Assembly (NCBI RefSeq): GCF_037042905.1
Contig: NC_087246.1
Coordinates: 5,086,001-5,150,000, forward strand
Direction: 5' to 3'
DNA from: Lytechinus pictus
Lineage: Eukaryota
DNA: 64,000 nt
The notes under the pieces are model-generated. The model worked only from the letters and a program-made list of their open reading frames with translations, was not told the origin of the DNA and did not search any database. Within the stretch, counting starts at the first letter, position 1. Each line of letters starts with the position of its first letter. Positions 52,111 to 64,000 of the stretch are shown here, one piece after another. The translations under genes were made by a program, and so were the position numbers.

Positions 52111-53799
52111 ATACCGACCAGGATGTCATTGTGCATAATTATAATTGTTTTGTGAAATTAAGCGAAACTTTAAGATGTCATAACTTTCTTATTTTACATC
52201 CGATTTTGAAATTGTCAGTGTAGGCTCCTTGGATTTTTATTCAAATCAACTTTTTGTTGGAGTGGATTTGTCCGATAGGCCCCCGGATAGGCCTAATGAT
52301 TAAGTTGTAGCATCGATCGCGGTCGGCACGTTAGGATCTTGACTTCCCGTTACCCCGGCCCGTGACATCAGCTAGAAACCAAGCCCGTATCGTACGGGTT
52401 CGATTGGACCCTAAACATTTCAAAAGCAAGAGAAACAGGGGAGGGAACTCAACTAGAAGGGATCATCGAACCTCTCTTTATTGAAACCCTGCATAGCTAT
52501 ATAAGGGCCTACATGGACCCGCGGGGCAGGAGGGGGGGGGGGGCGGCTGTACACATGCGTGACCAAATTATTAGCAAACATCCCCAAACGATTTTTTTTC
52601 TCTGTGTGCAAAATAACCACCTGAACAAGTTTAATTTTCGCGGGCTTTATTTACACATGTTGGCCCCTATAAAAGTTGTCGCCAGAATATGACCCCGGGG
52701 AAAAGTTTAAACGCGTTTTTTTTTGGTCACGCATGTGTAAAGCAATATACTTGACCCCGGGGGGGTGGGGGGGGGGGGGGCTGGAAACCTAACACAGCTG
52801 CCAAGTGCCAACTACGAGTAGTAGGCTATCTGGTGGAGGCCGGTTGCTCTAATTTTGCAGTGTGGTATCCCAAACAACATTGCATCATGCATCCCGGATT
52901 GTATCGCATAGAACGTTCGGGGCGCTTGATTTCATGCCAGCAGCTGAGCATCTGAAGTATGCAAGTCGGAATGCCATTCCCAAACAAATCCAATAGTCCC
53001 GTGTTTCATCATTGTCCGTCGATTACATATTAATGTCAATTCCAAGCCAAATTAAACACTTAGTAGGGCCATTTGATATCTCCAATGAATAAGTTATCTC
53101 TGTTTTTAAACTGAAAAATTTCCTCTTATAATTCCAAGCATGTTATCCCACTATGATTTTACATAATCGCGAACTCCGGCTCCGATGATATCCGGATGAT
53201 TTACATTATGTACAACAAATTACCAGTAATATCTTACAAGTACAAGTAGTATTCCTTGACCTTTTATGATATTATAGCGCACGCGCGAAACAGTCGTACG
53301 TTCACGTAATTAGTCTATAGTATCAGTGTACTTGTAATATAAACATGATTTTATTCTACTCATGATGAATTATTCTATGAGTAAACACCACATATATATA
53401 AAATATCATGTCAAATAAATATTTTTATCAGAAATGTTAACATGATACTTATTTGTCTTCTAAAACTTGTCACAATAAAACTGATTGACAGGGGCCATGG
53501 AACGGTTTTCAAAGTAGGGGGGGGGGGGCTGAACCAAAAAGAGGGGGGCTGACCATGCAAAAAATCACAATCATATGGTAATTTTTACGTTTTTGTACAC
53601 GGTTTTGGAAAAAAGTGGGGGGGGGGGGGCTGAAGCGGGGCTGAAGCCCCCCCGCTTCCGCGGCCCCTGATTAATTGGGTTTGTTTTCTAGAACTACACG
53701 TCATATTATACCGGCATTATACCAAAGATTAGGCGATTCGAACAAGTATATGCGAGCACATCCGACCGCTATCCTTACGTTTTTTACCAAGCCGAGCCA

Positions 53800-53902
53800 T
53801 TTGGATACACTAGCGCAAGGCAGAAGCCGACACTATACAGTGGTGGATGGCACGCACGGAACCGCTGGCGAATAGGGACTCCGCACACCTTATTTTTGAA
53901 AG
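53800..53902 (+). other. Possible non-coding first exon / promoter region of PPP4C
   Basis: Locally CpG-rich, non-repetitive stretch ending in AAG|gtaata; the first coding exon has an upstream acceptor, so an untranslated exon is expected somewhere 5'. Confidence 0.3.
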
Positions 53903-54745
53903 GTAATATTTATGTAATTAAGTTATTATTTTATATAAGATTCTGTACATGATGTTCTATGTATTTTGATGGTGAAGATGAGCCATGATTTCGACCGGTG
54001 AAATAACATACCTTGGTCTTACCGGTACTTAAATTTATGATGAGTCTCCGTACGTACCGTACCCTGTCGCGCCTCTGGCGCTGGCGAGGGGAACCGGCAG
54101 AGCCAGAGGCAAGCATTAAGCGCTAAGCAGTTGTCGCTTCCCGCTGCCGTTCGCACTGCACTCGCACTGGCACGGTACGGTACTGTATGGTTGGAACTAC
54201 CCCTTATCGACCACCTAATTTTCTAAGCATTGTATCTGTGTAAATGTTTATCAGTTTTTAGTTTTACCTAGTTTTCGTGGCGCTGTTTTAATTTCGTCTC
54301 ATTTGTGCACAAAATTGAGCAGATCATTGGCATTGCAGATTCTCATGTTTCGATCGGCGACTGCGATTCAATTTGCGTATTCTCAACTCTCGGAGTCTAG
54401 ATCTAAATCGGCGAACAACGAATATACCCAGTTGTTGTGTGTCCGGACAGGTTGTGTGTCCGGACGATCAATTTTAGAAAGTCATTTGGAAAAATTTACA
54501 AGCGAAGTTTCGTAATTTTTTAGTACAAAATGTTAGGAAATATTATAAAGAACAAAATAGAAGATGAATACAAGTATTGAATTCATATTTTTAGTGTAAT
54601 ACAAAGACAAAAAAGAAGGCTTCAAAAATATAAAGTGTCCGGACACCCGACCCCCCATCCTACGACGATTTCACATTTGCTCATTTGCACCTACATGTAC
54701 CTCAGAATTGATGTTCGTGCAGGCTCCACTTCACTACTGAGTACT

Positions 54746-54955
54746 GGGCAATTCCATAAAATATGTACATCCGACCCCCAATATATGGGACCTTCATTAA
54801 ATTTTCTGTCTCTGATTTCTACTTCTTTTGACAGTCTGTAATTTTCTCAAACTTAGGAATAGGATCATGACTTGGTCAGTTTATAAAGTGACGTAAGACT
54901 TGAAAAAATTGGGGGTCGGATGTACAAATAGGTTGATCATTTTAAGGAATTGCCC
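54746..54955. mobile_element. Short MITE
   Basis: GGGCAATTCCATAAAAT / ATTTTAAGGAATTGCCC ends plus an inner inverted TGTACATCCGACCCCCAA block. Confidence 0.65.
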
Positions 54956-56139
54956 TTCTGGTACACTACGCTCCACCTACGTACCAGGCCTACCCGAAGG
55001 CCGAACATCAAGGTGGTGAACTCGCTCTGATACTCCCGAGTGGCAAAGGTTGGAAAAAAATGCATATTTATTGTAAAAATTATACAACGAAAAGGCATCA
55101 AAAAAGAATAAAAGCTTAATTTCTTACTTTACACCCTAATTTCACTCCATATCCATCCTCCGGTTAGCCTAAAAATTTGTGATTTAGCGCCAACATGGAG
55201 TTCCTCACACATATAAATAATTTGCTGCCGATTTCAAAACATCGCATGTGCGATGGTCCGAGCTCAGACCCTCTTTTTCTCCTTTTCCCAGTTTTTTTTT
55301 TTTTTTTTGGGGGGGGCAGCTGATTGGGTGTGCCCCTCCCCCCCGTAGTTACGCCACTGTCTCCAATATTCAGAGACTTCTGTAAAGAATATTTTCATAA
55401 ACATTTTCATCATCATTTCTCCTTTAACAAAAATAAATAAGAGATAAAGGATGAGGGAAGGAATAGAATTTTAAAGAACGGAAAAGACAAAAAAAATCAT
55501 AGCAAATCAACGTATGTTCCATGATCGCGTTCCAGAAATAGTTGATATGGATTGGAAAGTTGAAACAGGATGTCAAACTGCTCTCAGCTGCTACTATACT
55601 GGTAAAATTTATATTCCGAATTTGAAATGTTTTTTTCCATTGTCAATATTTTCTGAAAATAAGTTTAATCTAGTCAATTACTGAAAATGAAATGATAAAT
55701 TATCAGTTCCGTCTTGTTCTTAAGATCAAAGCCAAGTGATTTCACAACACTAAAATACACAGTACAGTCCCATGTAGGCCTACTTATTTTCATGTTGGAA
55801 ATGTATTAGAAGTCATGTAATGTCAGTCTTTTAGGACCAAGAATGGACTGATATTTTATCTTTTTAGAGTAATCGATTGACCAGATTAAACCCCTGTTTA
55901 GAAAATATTGACTTTCTAAAACATTTCATATTACTTGGAATATGAATTTTTATAAGAAAAATTGAGTGGAGGTTGTTTGTCTACTGTTTCGGCATTCACG
56001 ATCAACTCTTTCTGATCGGAGAAGCTGCGTAAAAACTTGCATTGATAGAGTATCGATCATAATCATATGTACATGAAATATTCCTGAAAAAAATATCCTG
56101 TTCTTTGAAATTCTGTTTCTATCCTCAATATCTTGTTTT

Positions 56140-56141
<2 letters not shown>

Positions 56142-56186
<45 letters not shown>
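56142..56186. repeat. (TA)n microsatellite
   Basis: Direct reading. Confidence 0.95.
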
Positions 56187-56191
<5 letters not shown>

Positions 56192-56345
56192 TTCTTTATT
56201 ATTTTTATTTGATTTGAAAATGAAATTAGAAATGAGATTATTTTTGTTTATACAACCGAAGTGTTCATTTTGTTGGATTCTGTTCGAACTCATTTTGAGA
56301 TCGTTACCACAACTGGTATTTATCTTTGATGTCAGTTTATATTAA

Positions 56346-56922
56346 AGGGATGGTCCGGGCTGAAAATTTTTATATTTTAATACATAAAATAGAATTCACT
56401 GAATAAAATTCCGAAAATTTCATCAAAATCGGATAACAAATAATAAAGTTATTGAAGTTTAAAGTTTAGCAATATTTTGTGTAAAAGTCATGAATATTCA
56501 TTAGGTTGGCTGATGATGTCACATCTCCACTTTCCGTTTTCTTATGTTATTACATAAAATCATAATTTTTTCATTATTTCATACTTGTGTGAATAATATG
56601 TCTCCTTATAATGAAATAAGTTGCAGCAATAAATATCTAATGCACTAAATCAGTTGTCAATCCAATTTTTCTAGTTCTTGGAAGAAAAAATTTGAATAAA
56701 CCTAATTTCATATAATAAAATACAAAAGAACAAGTGGGGATGTGACATTATCAGCCCACCTAATGAATATTCACGATGACTGTTTTCACAAAATATTGCT
56801 TAACTTTAAAATTCAATAACTGTGTTATTTGTTATCCGATTTTGATGAAATTTTCGGCATTTTGATCAGTGAATTCTACTCTATTTATTAAGCTATAAAT
56901 ACTTTCAGCCTGGACCATCCCT
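56346..56922. mobile_element. Palindromic MITE with TTAA TSD (Kolobok-type ends)
   Basis: TTAA|AGGGATGGTCCGGGCTGAAA ... TTTCAGCCTGGACCATCCCT|TTAA; inverted arms of roughly 190 bp. Confidence 0.85.
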
Positions 56923-57808
56923 TTAAAAGTTTCAGCTCATGCCTCACGCTCTCATTGTTTATGCATCTTGTTCATTATTAGAAAAAATGCTCAGATTGAA
57001 TGTTTAATTTTCAGTACAGGAAATGTAAAAAAATATGAGCTTGTGCTTTGCACGCTCGTATTATCATGAGATACCTTACGGCTTATCAAAGATGTTCATA
57101 AAACATCAGTCTCTAGGGACTGCCCCCTCAAAAAACAACAAGAAGAAGAATAAGCTTTTAGCGGCTGATTGGGGAGAAATGTGGATTAAAATATTTTTAC
57201 CCCCTCATCTTGTATGAAGATCTCCCACCATCACTAAACCCCTCGAGATTTTGCCCCCTCAAAACTGAAAGTGTTCTGGGGCACCTGCCTGAGTTTGCTC
57301 CTTTGCTTTTTTTTAGCTTTAAAATTGATACTTTAAATTCATTCAATTATTATCTCATTGCTTGGTTTCCAGTATTTTCCAGATTTGGTACCAAATAGTA
57401 TATTATCTGTAAATTCATTCCCATTAAACTAGACTCCATATATTTTATTCATGGAAAGTAAAAAAATCTTGAAAAAAAATCTAAGAAATACCCTACCAAC
57501 TATTATTATAAAAGGGACATTTTCTGTGCATTACTGCTTACATTTTGTATGAATGTTTTTGATGAGTATGGAATAAAATCAATCTAAAGATAAGGGCTTT
57601 ATCGGCAAACAAACATGTACATGTACAAAGTACATGTAGATCAAGTAGTATTAGAAGCTTTGTGTACTCAAAATAAAATCATGAAAAATATTTCAAATAA
57701 AAAGAAGGGTATTCTATTATGAATTCAGAGTTGTTTAAAAAATCCTGAATCATTTGTTCTTTCAGATAAGTACCAAAGAGACAAGGAAGGAGTTCAAAAT
57801 TAAATTTG

Positions 57809-57837
57809 ATGATGGCAGACTGTAGTGACTTGGATAG
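57809..57837 (+). CDS. PPP4C: Protein phosphatase 4 catalytic subunit, first coding exon (MMADCSDLD/R)
   Basis: ATG ATG GCA GAC TGT AGT GAC TTG GAT AG|gtaagt; upstream acceptor ttctttcag| at 57765; matches the PP4C N-terminus (xSDLDRQIEQL); either ATG (57809 or 57812) could initiate. Confidence 0.88.
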
Positions 57838-58537
57838 GTAAGTTCCGTCTTGTCTTTTCTCATGTAATAAATCAGGATCATTGTGAATTTTTAATTTAAA
57901 AACTAAAGTAGAATTAATTTTTTCAAAAATTGTACTTAATTGTTTTTTCAAATTCTGAAGAAATCATTCTTTCTTAGCACCAACTGAACATATGTATCTT
58001 TGGATCTTTGTTGTGAGTTTGTAATGGAGGAGATGATTCGAAAACATGTATTTTGTCCAGAAAGGTGACATAATATATAGTAATGTGTGAATTTATTGTC
58101 AGAGGTCAGATGAAAAACTGTTGATAAACAAGAAACAAGAACATGCAGGTATTTTTAGATTTAAAGATTGCTTGAAACAGTTCTAAGAATAAATAGAAAA
58201 CAGGTATATTCTGATGCATTGTATTCTGTTATAAAATGAAACCACATACAGTCTATACTCTATAGTGGATGTTTATGAAGAACTATAAGTGCTATGTGTA
58301 TTTATTAACTGAACGAATCAAGTATTAATGAACATGTAGCTGCAATTAATGCAGTGCAGTATATTCTACTTCCTCATCTACATTTGGAAATGTTGCAGAT
58401 TTAATCAAATATGCATGTACATATTTATAGTTTGTGAATTGTGAGATTCAGAAAACCAACTTTTTTACGATTCTTGTTGCACATGTATGCAGTTTTATGG
58501 GTGGCAACGATTGAATGTGTTTTCTGTCTTTCCACAG

Positions 58538-58609
58538 ACAAATAGAGCAGCTGAGAAATTGTGAAATCATAAAAGAGAGTGAAGTCAAAGCATTATGTGC
58601 CAAAGCAAG
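58538..58609 (+). CDS. PPP4C: PPP4C coding exon 2 ([24 protein letters not shown])
   Basis: ttccacag| acceptor and AG|gtaagt donor; 72 nt; [14 protein letters not shown] is characteristic of PP4C rather than PP2A or PP6. Confidence 0.93.
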
Positions 58610-59097
58610 GTAAGTATGAGAATAATTTTCCTTTTTTTTTACAATCAAGAATATTGTTTCATTCATTATTAATACTTTTGTCAACTGACAGCTTCTTTCA
58701 GATTTAAATTCAGATATGATATTATTTTCTTGATGGCGAAAAAGAGAATATGAAAACACCTCTCAGATGAATCTTATTCAGTATTTTCTTCCATGTTTTT
58801 CATGAGATAAAGTATTTGAGTTAACATTGATGAATTATGCATACATTAGTATACGAAACAAAAAGAAAATCATTAGATTACCAAATCAAAAAGTTACTTC
58901 TGTACAGGAAAATGAAAAAAAAAGAAGAAAGATTTGTGTGTATAAAATATGGGAACATTGTGAGCATAACATAAAGAACATACTAGTGATGTGCACTGTA
59001 CCTGTAGTGCATGTCTACATGGATGTGTATAAATGTTTCACATTAAGAGACCCCCCCCCAAAAAAAAAAAAAAAAAAAAACAATAAAATGAAATAAA

Positions 59098-61585
59098 AAC
59101 TAGATTTTAATTCGTCATGCGGACGAATTAGGTGGTCTGTCGTATAGATAGATAAAGAGGAAAAAAATATTTAAACAGATATTAGATTGAAAAATAGATA
59201 GACAAACAGATTTACATAATCAAACAGATACATACAAGAAAGATATATAATTATAGTAGATGGAAGGAGTGATGGATGGAGAGATCAATTATAGGTGGTT
59301 ATATTAATAAAACATAGACATATAGATAGATAGAGACACAGACATATAGATAGATAGAGAGACAGACTTATAGATCGATAGATTGATTGATAGATATATA
59401 GATAGATAGAGAGAGAGAGAGATGATTGGTGGTTATATTAATAAAACATAGATAAACATATAGATAGAAAGAGAGACAGACAGATAGATAGATAGACAGA
59501 TAGATCTAGACAGACATATAGATAGAGAGACAGACATATCATGAAGCTATTACGAGCTATCTCGTAAGAGACAGACATATAGATTGATAGAGAGACAGAG
59601 ATAGATAGAGAGACAGACATATAGATGAATAGATAGATAGCTAGATAGAGAGACAGACAGACAGATATATAGATAGATAGATAGATAGATAGAGACAGGC
59701 AGATATATAGATGGCTAGATAGATAGACATATCTAAACAGATAGATACATATATATAATAATTAAATATAATTATATATCATAATGTATGTACATTTTCT
59801 CATGTTAATTTTATGTTTATAACAAGATATATTGTGATTGTTTTTTTAATATGCAGGACCCCAAGGGAGAGCAATTTTTTGTTGATTGGGTATCCTGTTG
59901 AAATATTGTTAATAAATAAATAAATAAATAATAAATATAGCGTATTAGACACACAGAGAGAGAGATAGATAGATAAACAGACAGAATAGATATACAATGT
60001 AGGTAGATAGACAGACAGACATATGGATAGATAGAGAGAGAGGGACGTATTCAAACAGAAAAATATATATTAGACAGAGAGATGTGATGTAGGTAGATAG
60101 ACAGACAGATAAATAGATATGATATAAAAAGTAATTATAATCTGTTTTATTTTGCAATATTTTAGCTATTATTTGTTAGAATTCTTATAATTGATCGGGG
60201 GCAAGATAGCTAAAAAAAAAAAAAATCATGTTCACCCGCGGACTCGAACCCCTGCCTGCATGATGGAATGAGAAGTAAGTCTGACGCCTAACCGATTGAG
60301 CTAGAATATTTCCCATAGACTTAACACGTAAGCAAAACACCAGAATCTCAAATCCAATCTTGCAAGTGAATTACGGGCATGATCCCGACATCTGATCGGA
60401 AAATGAAGGAAACGCAACCGAAAGCTTAGAATCTCAGCTACAACATACTAAAAGCTCAGGGATAACTAGCAACAAAAATTGGAGATATGGCTTACGAAAT
60501 AGAAGAATGTAGAATCTAGTTTTGAGAAAAAGTCATGTCCCATAGAGATTACACGCAAAATGAGTAAAAATGACATGCCATTATTATTTGCAATTTTTGA
60601 GGATGATTTGTCTATCAAAATGAAAAATAAAGGCAATAACTCAGAAAGAGTAAGAACTAAGCTACAACATATCAAAAATTGGGTGAAAATTGACCAATAT
60701 TCACGGAGTTAGAGCAAGATTTGCATAATTATAATGACGTCATAATAGGCAAAATGGATTTTTTGAATTCCGACGCCATTTTGATGACGTCATAATATAA
60801 TTGAGGGTCAAATGAGACATGAAATTATATCTCTAGTTCATACTCTATCAAAATATGAAAAAAAAATTGGGGGTCCCCATGCGTTCTGAAGAGCTACAGC
60901 GGATTTTCTATAGGCATGTTTTTGCCCATATATGGCCTATAGTGAGAGCTCGCGCGCACACGTGCTGCAAACTTTAACGGGTGTTAATTTCCTTATTAAT
61001 GGTCGTAGAAGGTTGATCAAGGTATCAAATTGCTCAAAATTATATGATCAATGCAATGAAATAAAAAAAACGGTGTTTCTGAGTTGCATTCAAGGCGTTA
61101 CGCGCGGAAACGCGCGCGCATACGTTTGCGCGCGCAATTTTTTGAAATGCTTAAAATGACCTAAAACGTACTCTGTTTTGGTCAAAAAGTGATTTTTAGC
61201 ATTTTAAAATTTTGACGCGCGCGTACGCGCGCGTCGTGACCTTCAGGTGACCTTTGATGACATGACCTGATGACCCTTGATCTGAAGTTTATGTCATGTG
61301 AATTTGATTTATTTTTGATAATTGATAATGGAGATATGATTGATAATGTGATTTTACAAAATGGCGTCTAGATGACGTCATGATGACGTCATGACATTAA
61401 GATTCTTGCAGAATTGAGGTCTTATTGATGTTGATATGTGGTGATATTTTGATGATTATTGAATATGAACTTTCTGAGATTTGCTGTCCACAAGAAATGG
61501 AGGAAATAAAAATAAGAAATAAAAAATAAAGAAAGAAAATTCGGACAAACATAAGAGGTGATCTGTCATAGACAGACCACCTAAT
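59098..61585 (-). mobile_element. Helentron/HINE-like element (~2.5 kb) in a PPP4C intron, with a (GATA/GACA)n tract and tRNA-like segment
   Basis: Perfect 13-bp subTIR TAGGTGGTCTGTC (59129-59141) / GACAGACCACCTA (61571-61583); stem-loop AATTCGTC..GACGAATT (59109-59129); hairpin 61556-61582; minus-strand end CTAG-TTT. Confidence 0.7.
59300..60125. repeat. Degenerate (GATA)n/(GACA)n microsatellite region
   Basis: Direct reading. Confidence 0.85.
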
Positions 61586-62277
61586 AATAATGATAATAAA
61601 ACAATAAAATTTATATCTAGATAATAAAATGTATAAATAAATAAATGATAATAAAATAAATAAATAAATGCATGAATGAATGAATGATAATAATAATTGA
61701 ATGACTAAATAAATAAATAAATGAATAAATAAAATAAAATCAAATAAAAGAAGAAGTAGAATGAAACCTGTTTATGTGATTTGATTCACATCGAATCAAT
61801 ACGTACTGTACCTATATGTATTAAAAATTAAGAATTTAATGAAATTATGCGAGTACAGTATGACATTTTTGGTCAGAGATTTCCATGTACATACATGTAC
61901 ATGTGCAATTTGATTTATGAATAAATTCAAAATATAAGATAATATACACGTAGATCTAGTAATGTATTCTTGTAGTTTTCATGCGTTCTGAGTTATAACA
62001 AATTTTGGGCTTTGATGTCAGAGATCTTTGACGCTGATTTAGACCTAGTCTTTTTAGGCATTAATATAGCTCAGTCTTTTGAGGGTTGTATCTGATTTAC
62101 CACCCTCTCCCTTAATTCTTAATGTTTTCATTTTTCATGATGAAGGCCATTTAATGTTTTAAAGATTAATTATTGTAAATCACAAAGCTTTGAAAATAAG
62201 AACTCTTTGAGATTTACCAAAAGTTGAGTGTATGCCTTAAGCCACTCTATTTTACCGATCTTTTTTTTAATGTCCAG

Positions 62278-62380
62278 AGAAATTCTTGTAGAAGAAAGCA
62301 ATGTACAGAGAGTAGATGCACCGGTTACAGTATGTGGGGATATCCACGGCCAATTTTATGACCTCAAAGAATTATTTAAG
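62278..62380 (+). CDS. PPP4C: PPP4C coding exon 3 ([34 protein letters not shown]); gene continues beyond the window
   Basis: Lies in ORF 62228-62434; tgtccag| acceptor and AAG|gtaaga donor; contains the PPP-family GDIHG metal-binding motif. Confidence 0.95.
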
Positions 62381-62512
62381 GTAAGATTGATTAACATTTG
62401 TTTGCTTTTATCTGTATTTTTTCCCTTCTTTTGATGAAATTTCTGATAGTAATTAATTTCATTGTCAGCAGAAAGTTCAGTATCCTGATCAATGATGAGA
62501 GGACTTCTTCTA

Positions 62513-63930
62513 AGGGCGTGTTTATGCTTCCAATTTTCAGGCCAAAATCAGTGTTTTCGTACGTGATTAATCCAAATCACGGTTGCGTCCATGCTAACTT
62601 TCATTTAAACGACGTTTCAGAACGCCGATCGTAAATTTTAAAAGAGGTGCGTTTCTAAACTTGGTTTGACCAGAATCAGGGCTTATGGGGAAGTATAAAC
62701 AGGACCACGATCGTAATTTGTTATGTGTTACATGCTTCCGATTAGATGAAAATCCGTGTGCAAATACAGTTGCGTATGGTTCTACAGGGAGTTGCCTCCA
62801 CAGAATTACCTCTCAACTCCCTCTGGTATTAATGAGGACCAATGTGCATTTGCATGTGTGATTATTAAATTAAGTATTGTCACTATCACAATGAATGTGG
62901 ATGGATTAAAAAAAAAATGATGATGAGGAGACATCGCTGCACTAGAAGCCCAAGTAGCTTCAGCAAAATGATGTCTTATTATTTTCTTATGTATAGTTTT
63001 ATACATTATTTTTTCTTACTATTATCCTAACCATGGTAGAAATTCTATGGCTATGTCAAGTAGCTCTATGCTATTATTTAAAGATTTGAAAATTGTTCGA
63101 AGTTAAAGGAGAATGAAACCCTTGAAACCAGCTGAATCCATATCAAAGAGAAAAATCAAAGGAACACATTGTTGAAAGTTTGAGGAAGATTGAATGAATA
63201 ATAAGAAAGTTATGAGCATTTGAATATTGAGATCACTAGTGCCATGTAGATCCTCCCATCGGCAATGCGACCAAGATCTGTGATATCACACACGTACAAC
63301 TCCCTCATTACTTTAGTACTTATTTCACTTATATTCTCACTTTTATAGAGTCTATCACAAGGTGAGGTGTTCTCTTTATGAGATGACAAGTACAGAGGTT
63401 TCACAACATTATATCATTGATGAATCGTTTGTCATATGATTAGAATGAGCAAAAAGAAATGTTTTGGGGTATATTTTCAGTGTCCAAATGGGAGAGTTGT
63501 ACGTGTGTGACATCACAGATCTTGGTCGCATTGCCAATGGGAGGATCTCCATAGCATTAGTGATCTCGACATTCAAATGCTCATAACTCTTTTATTGCTA
63601 GTCCTATTTTACTGAAACTTTTGTTGATCTTATTTTTTGATTTTTCTGCTTTCACAAAAGCTAACTTGCTCCAAGAGTTTCATTCTCCTTTAAAATAATA
63701 GTCGACCATAACAACACTAAAAAAAAAACTTTCGAAAAAGGGCAAGCCCAATTTGACCTTGCTTTCCTGCTCAACGTATGATACGATGCGAAGCCAGCTG
63801 CAGATTGCAATTTCGCCTCTGTAAAATTAAGCATAAACAGCACTCCCAGAACCACGTTTGCGATTGGCGTTCTGAAACAACGTTTGAAAACGCTGATTCT
63901 GTCTCCGCAATGGAAGCATAAACCCACTCT
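62513..63930. mobile_element. TIR element (Harbinger-like ends) hosting the 63107-63689 MITE
   Basis: AGGGCGTGTTTATGCTTCCA / TGGAAGCATAAACCCACTCT inverted ends, TA at both flanks. Confidence 0.6.
63107..63689. mobile_element. Palindromic MITE with TTAA TSD
   Basis: TTAA|AGGAGAATGAAACCCTTG ... CAAGAGTTTCATTCTCCT|TTAA; inner inverted block GGCAATGCGACCAAGATCTGTGAT. Confidence 0.85.
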
Positions 63931-64000
63931 TAGATTAAGTGACAAATTTATTATGTTTGATTATATTTGATGTTTTTTTTATGCAAGAGTGAAATGTAAA

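Noticed and set aside
53489..53669. Short CAGGGGCC...GGCCCCTG element near the putative PPP4C promoter
   Set aside because: Probably a small MITE, but there is no convincing TSD and nothing unusual about it.

Overview
AT-rich, intron-containing animal genomic DNA. The repeat families suggest an invertebrate deuterostome such as a sea urchin, but this is inference only. Two conserved genes are transcribed divergently: a complete 9-exon flotillin-2 gene on the minus strand (CDS 20415->2588, 1272 nt, 423 aa) and the first three coding exons of the protein phosphatase 4 catalytic subunit (PPP4C) on the plus strand (57809 onward, running off the window). The main unexplained structure is an 18.6-kb foldback-type element (20592-39234), inserted 177 bp upstream of the flotillin-2 ATG and bounded by a perfect 9-bp target-site duplication (GAGCTAGCT). 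It has ~180-bp terminal inverted repeats followed by two inverted arms built from a 195-bp satellite (~58 and ~25 copies) around a ~2-kb non-coding loop. The rest is a dense, often nested set of transposon relics: a 5'-truncated Tx1-type LINE sitting inside a (TTTC)n microsatellite, an Academ(H)-like relic with a RecQ-helicase fragment, three Helentron/HINE-like elements, several TIR elements and MITEs, and tRNA-derived SINE pieces. All coordinates were read by eye and no database searches were run.
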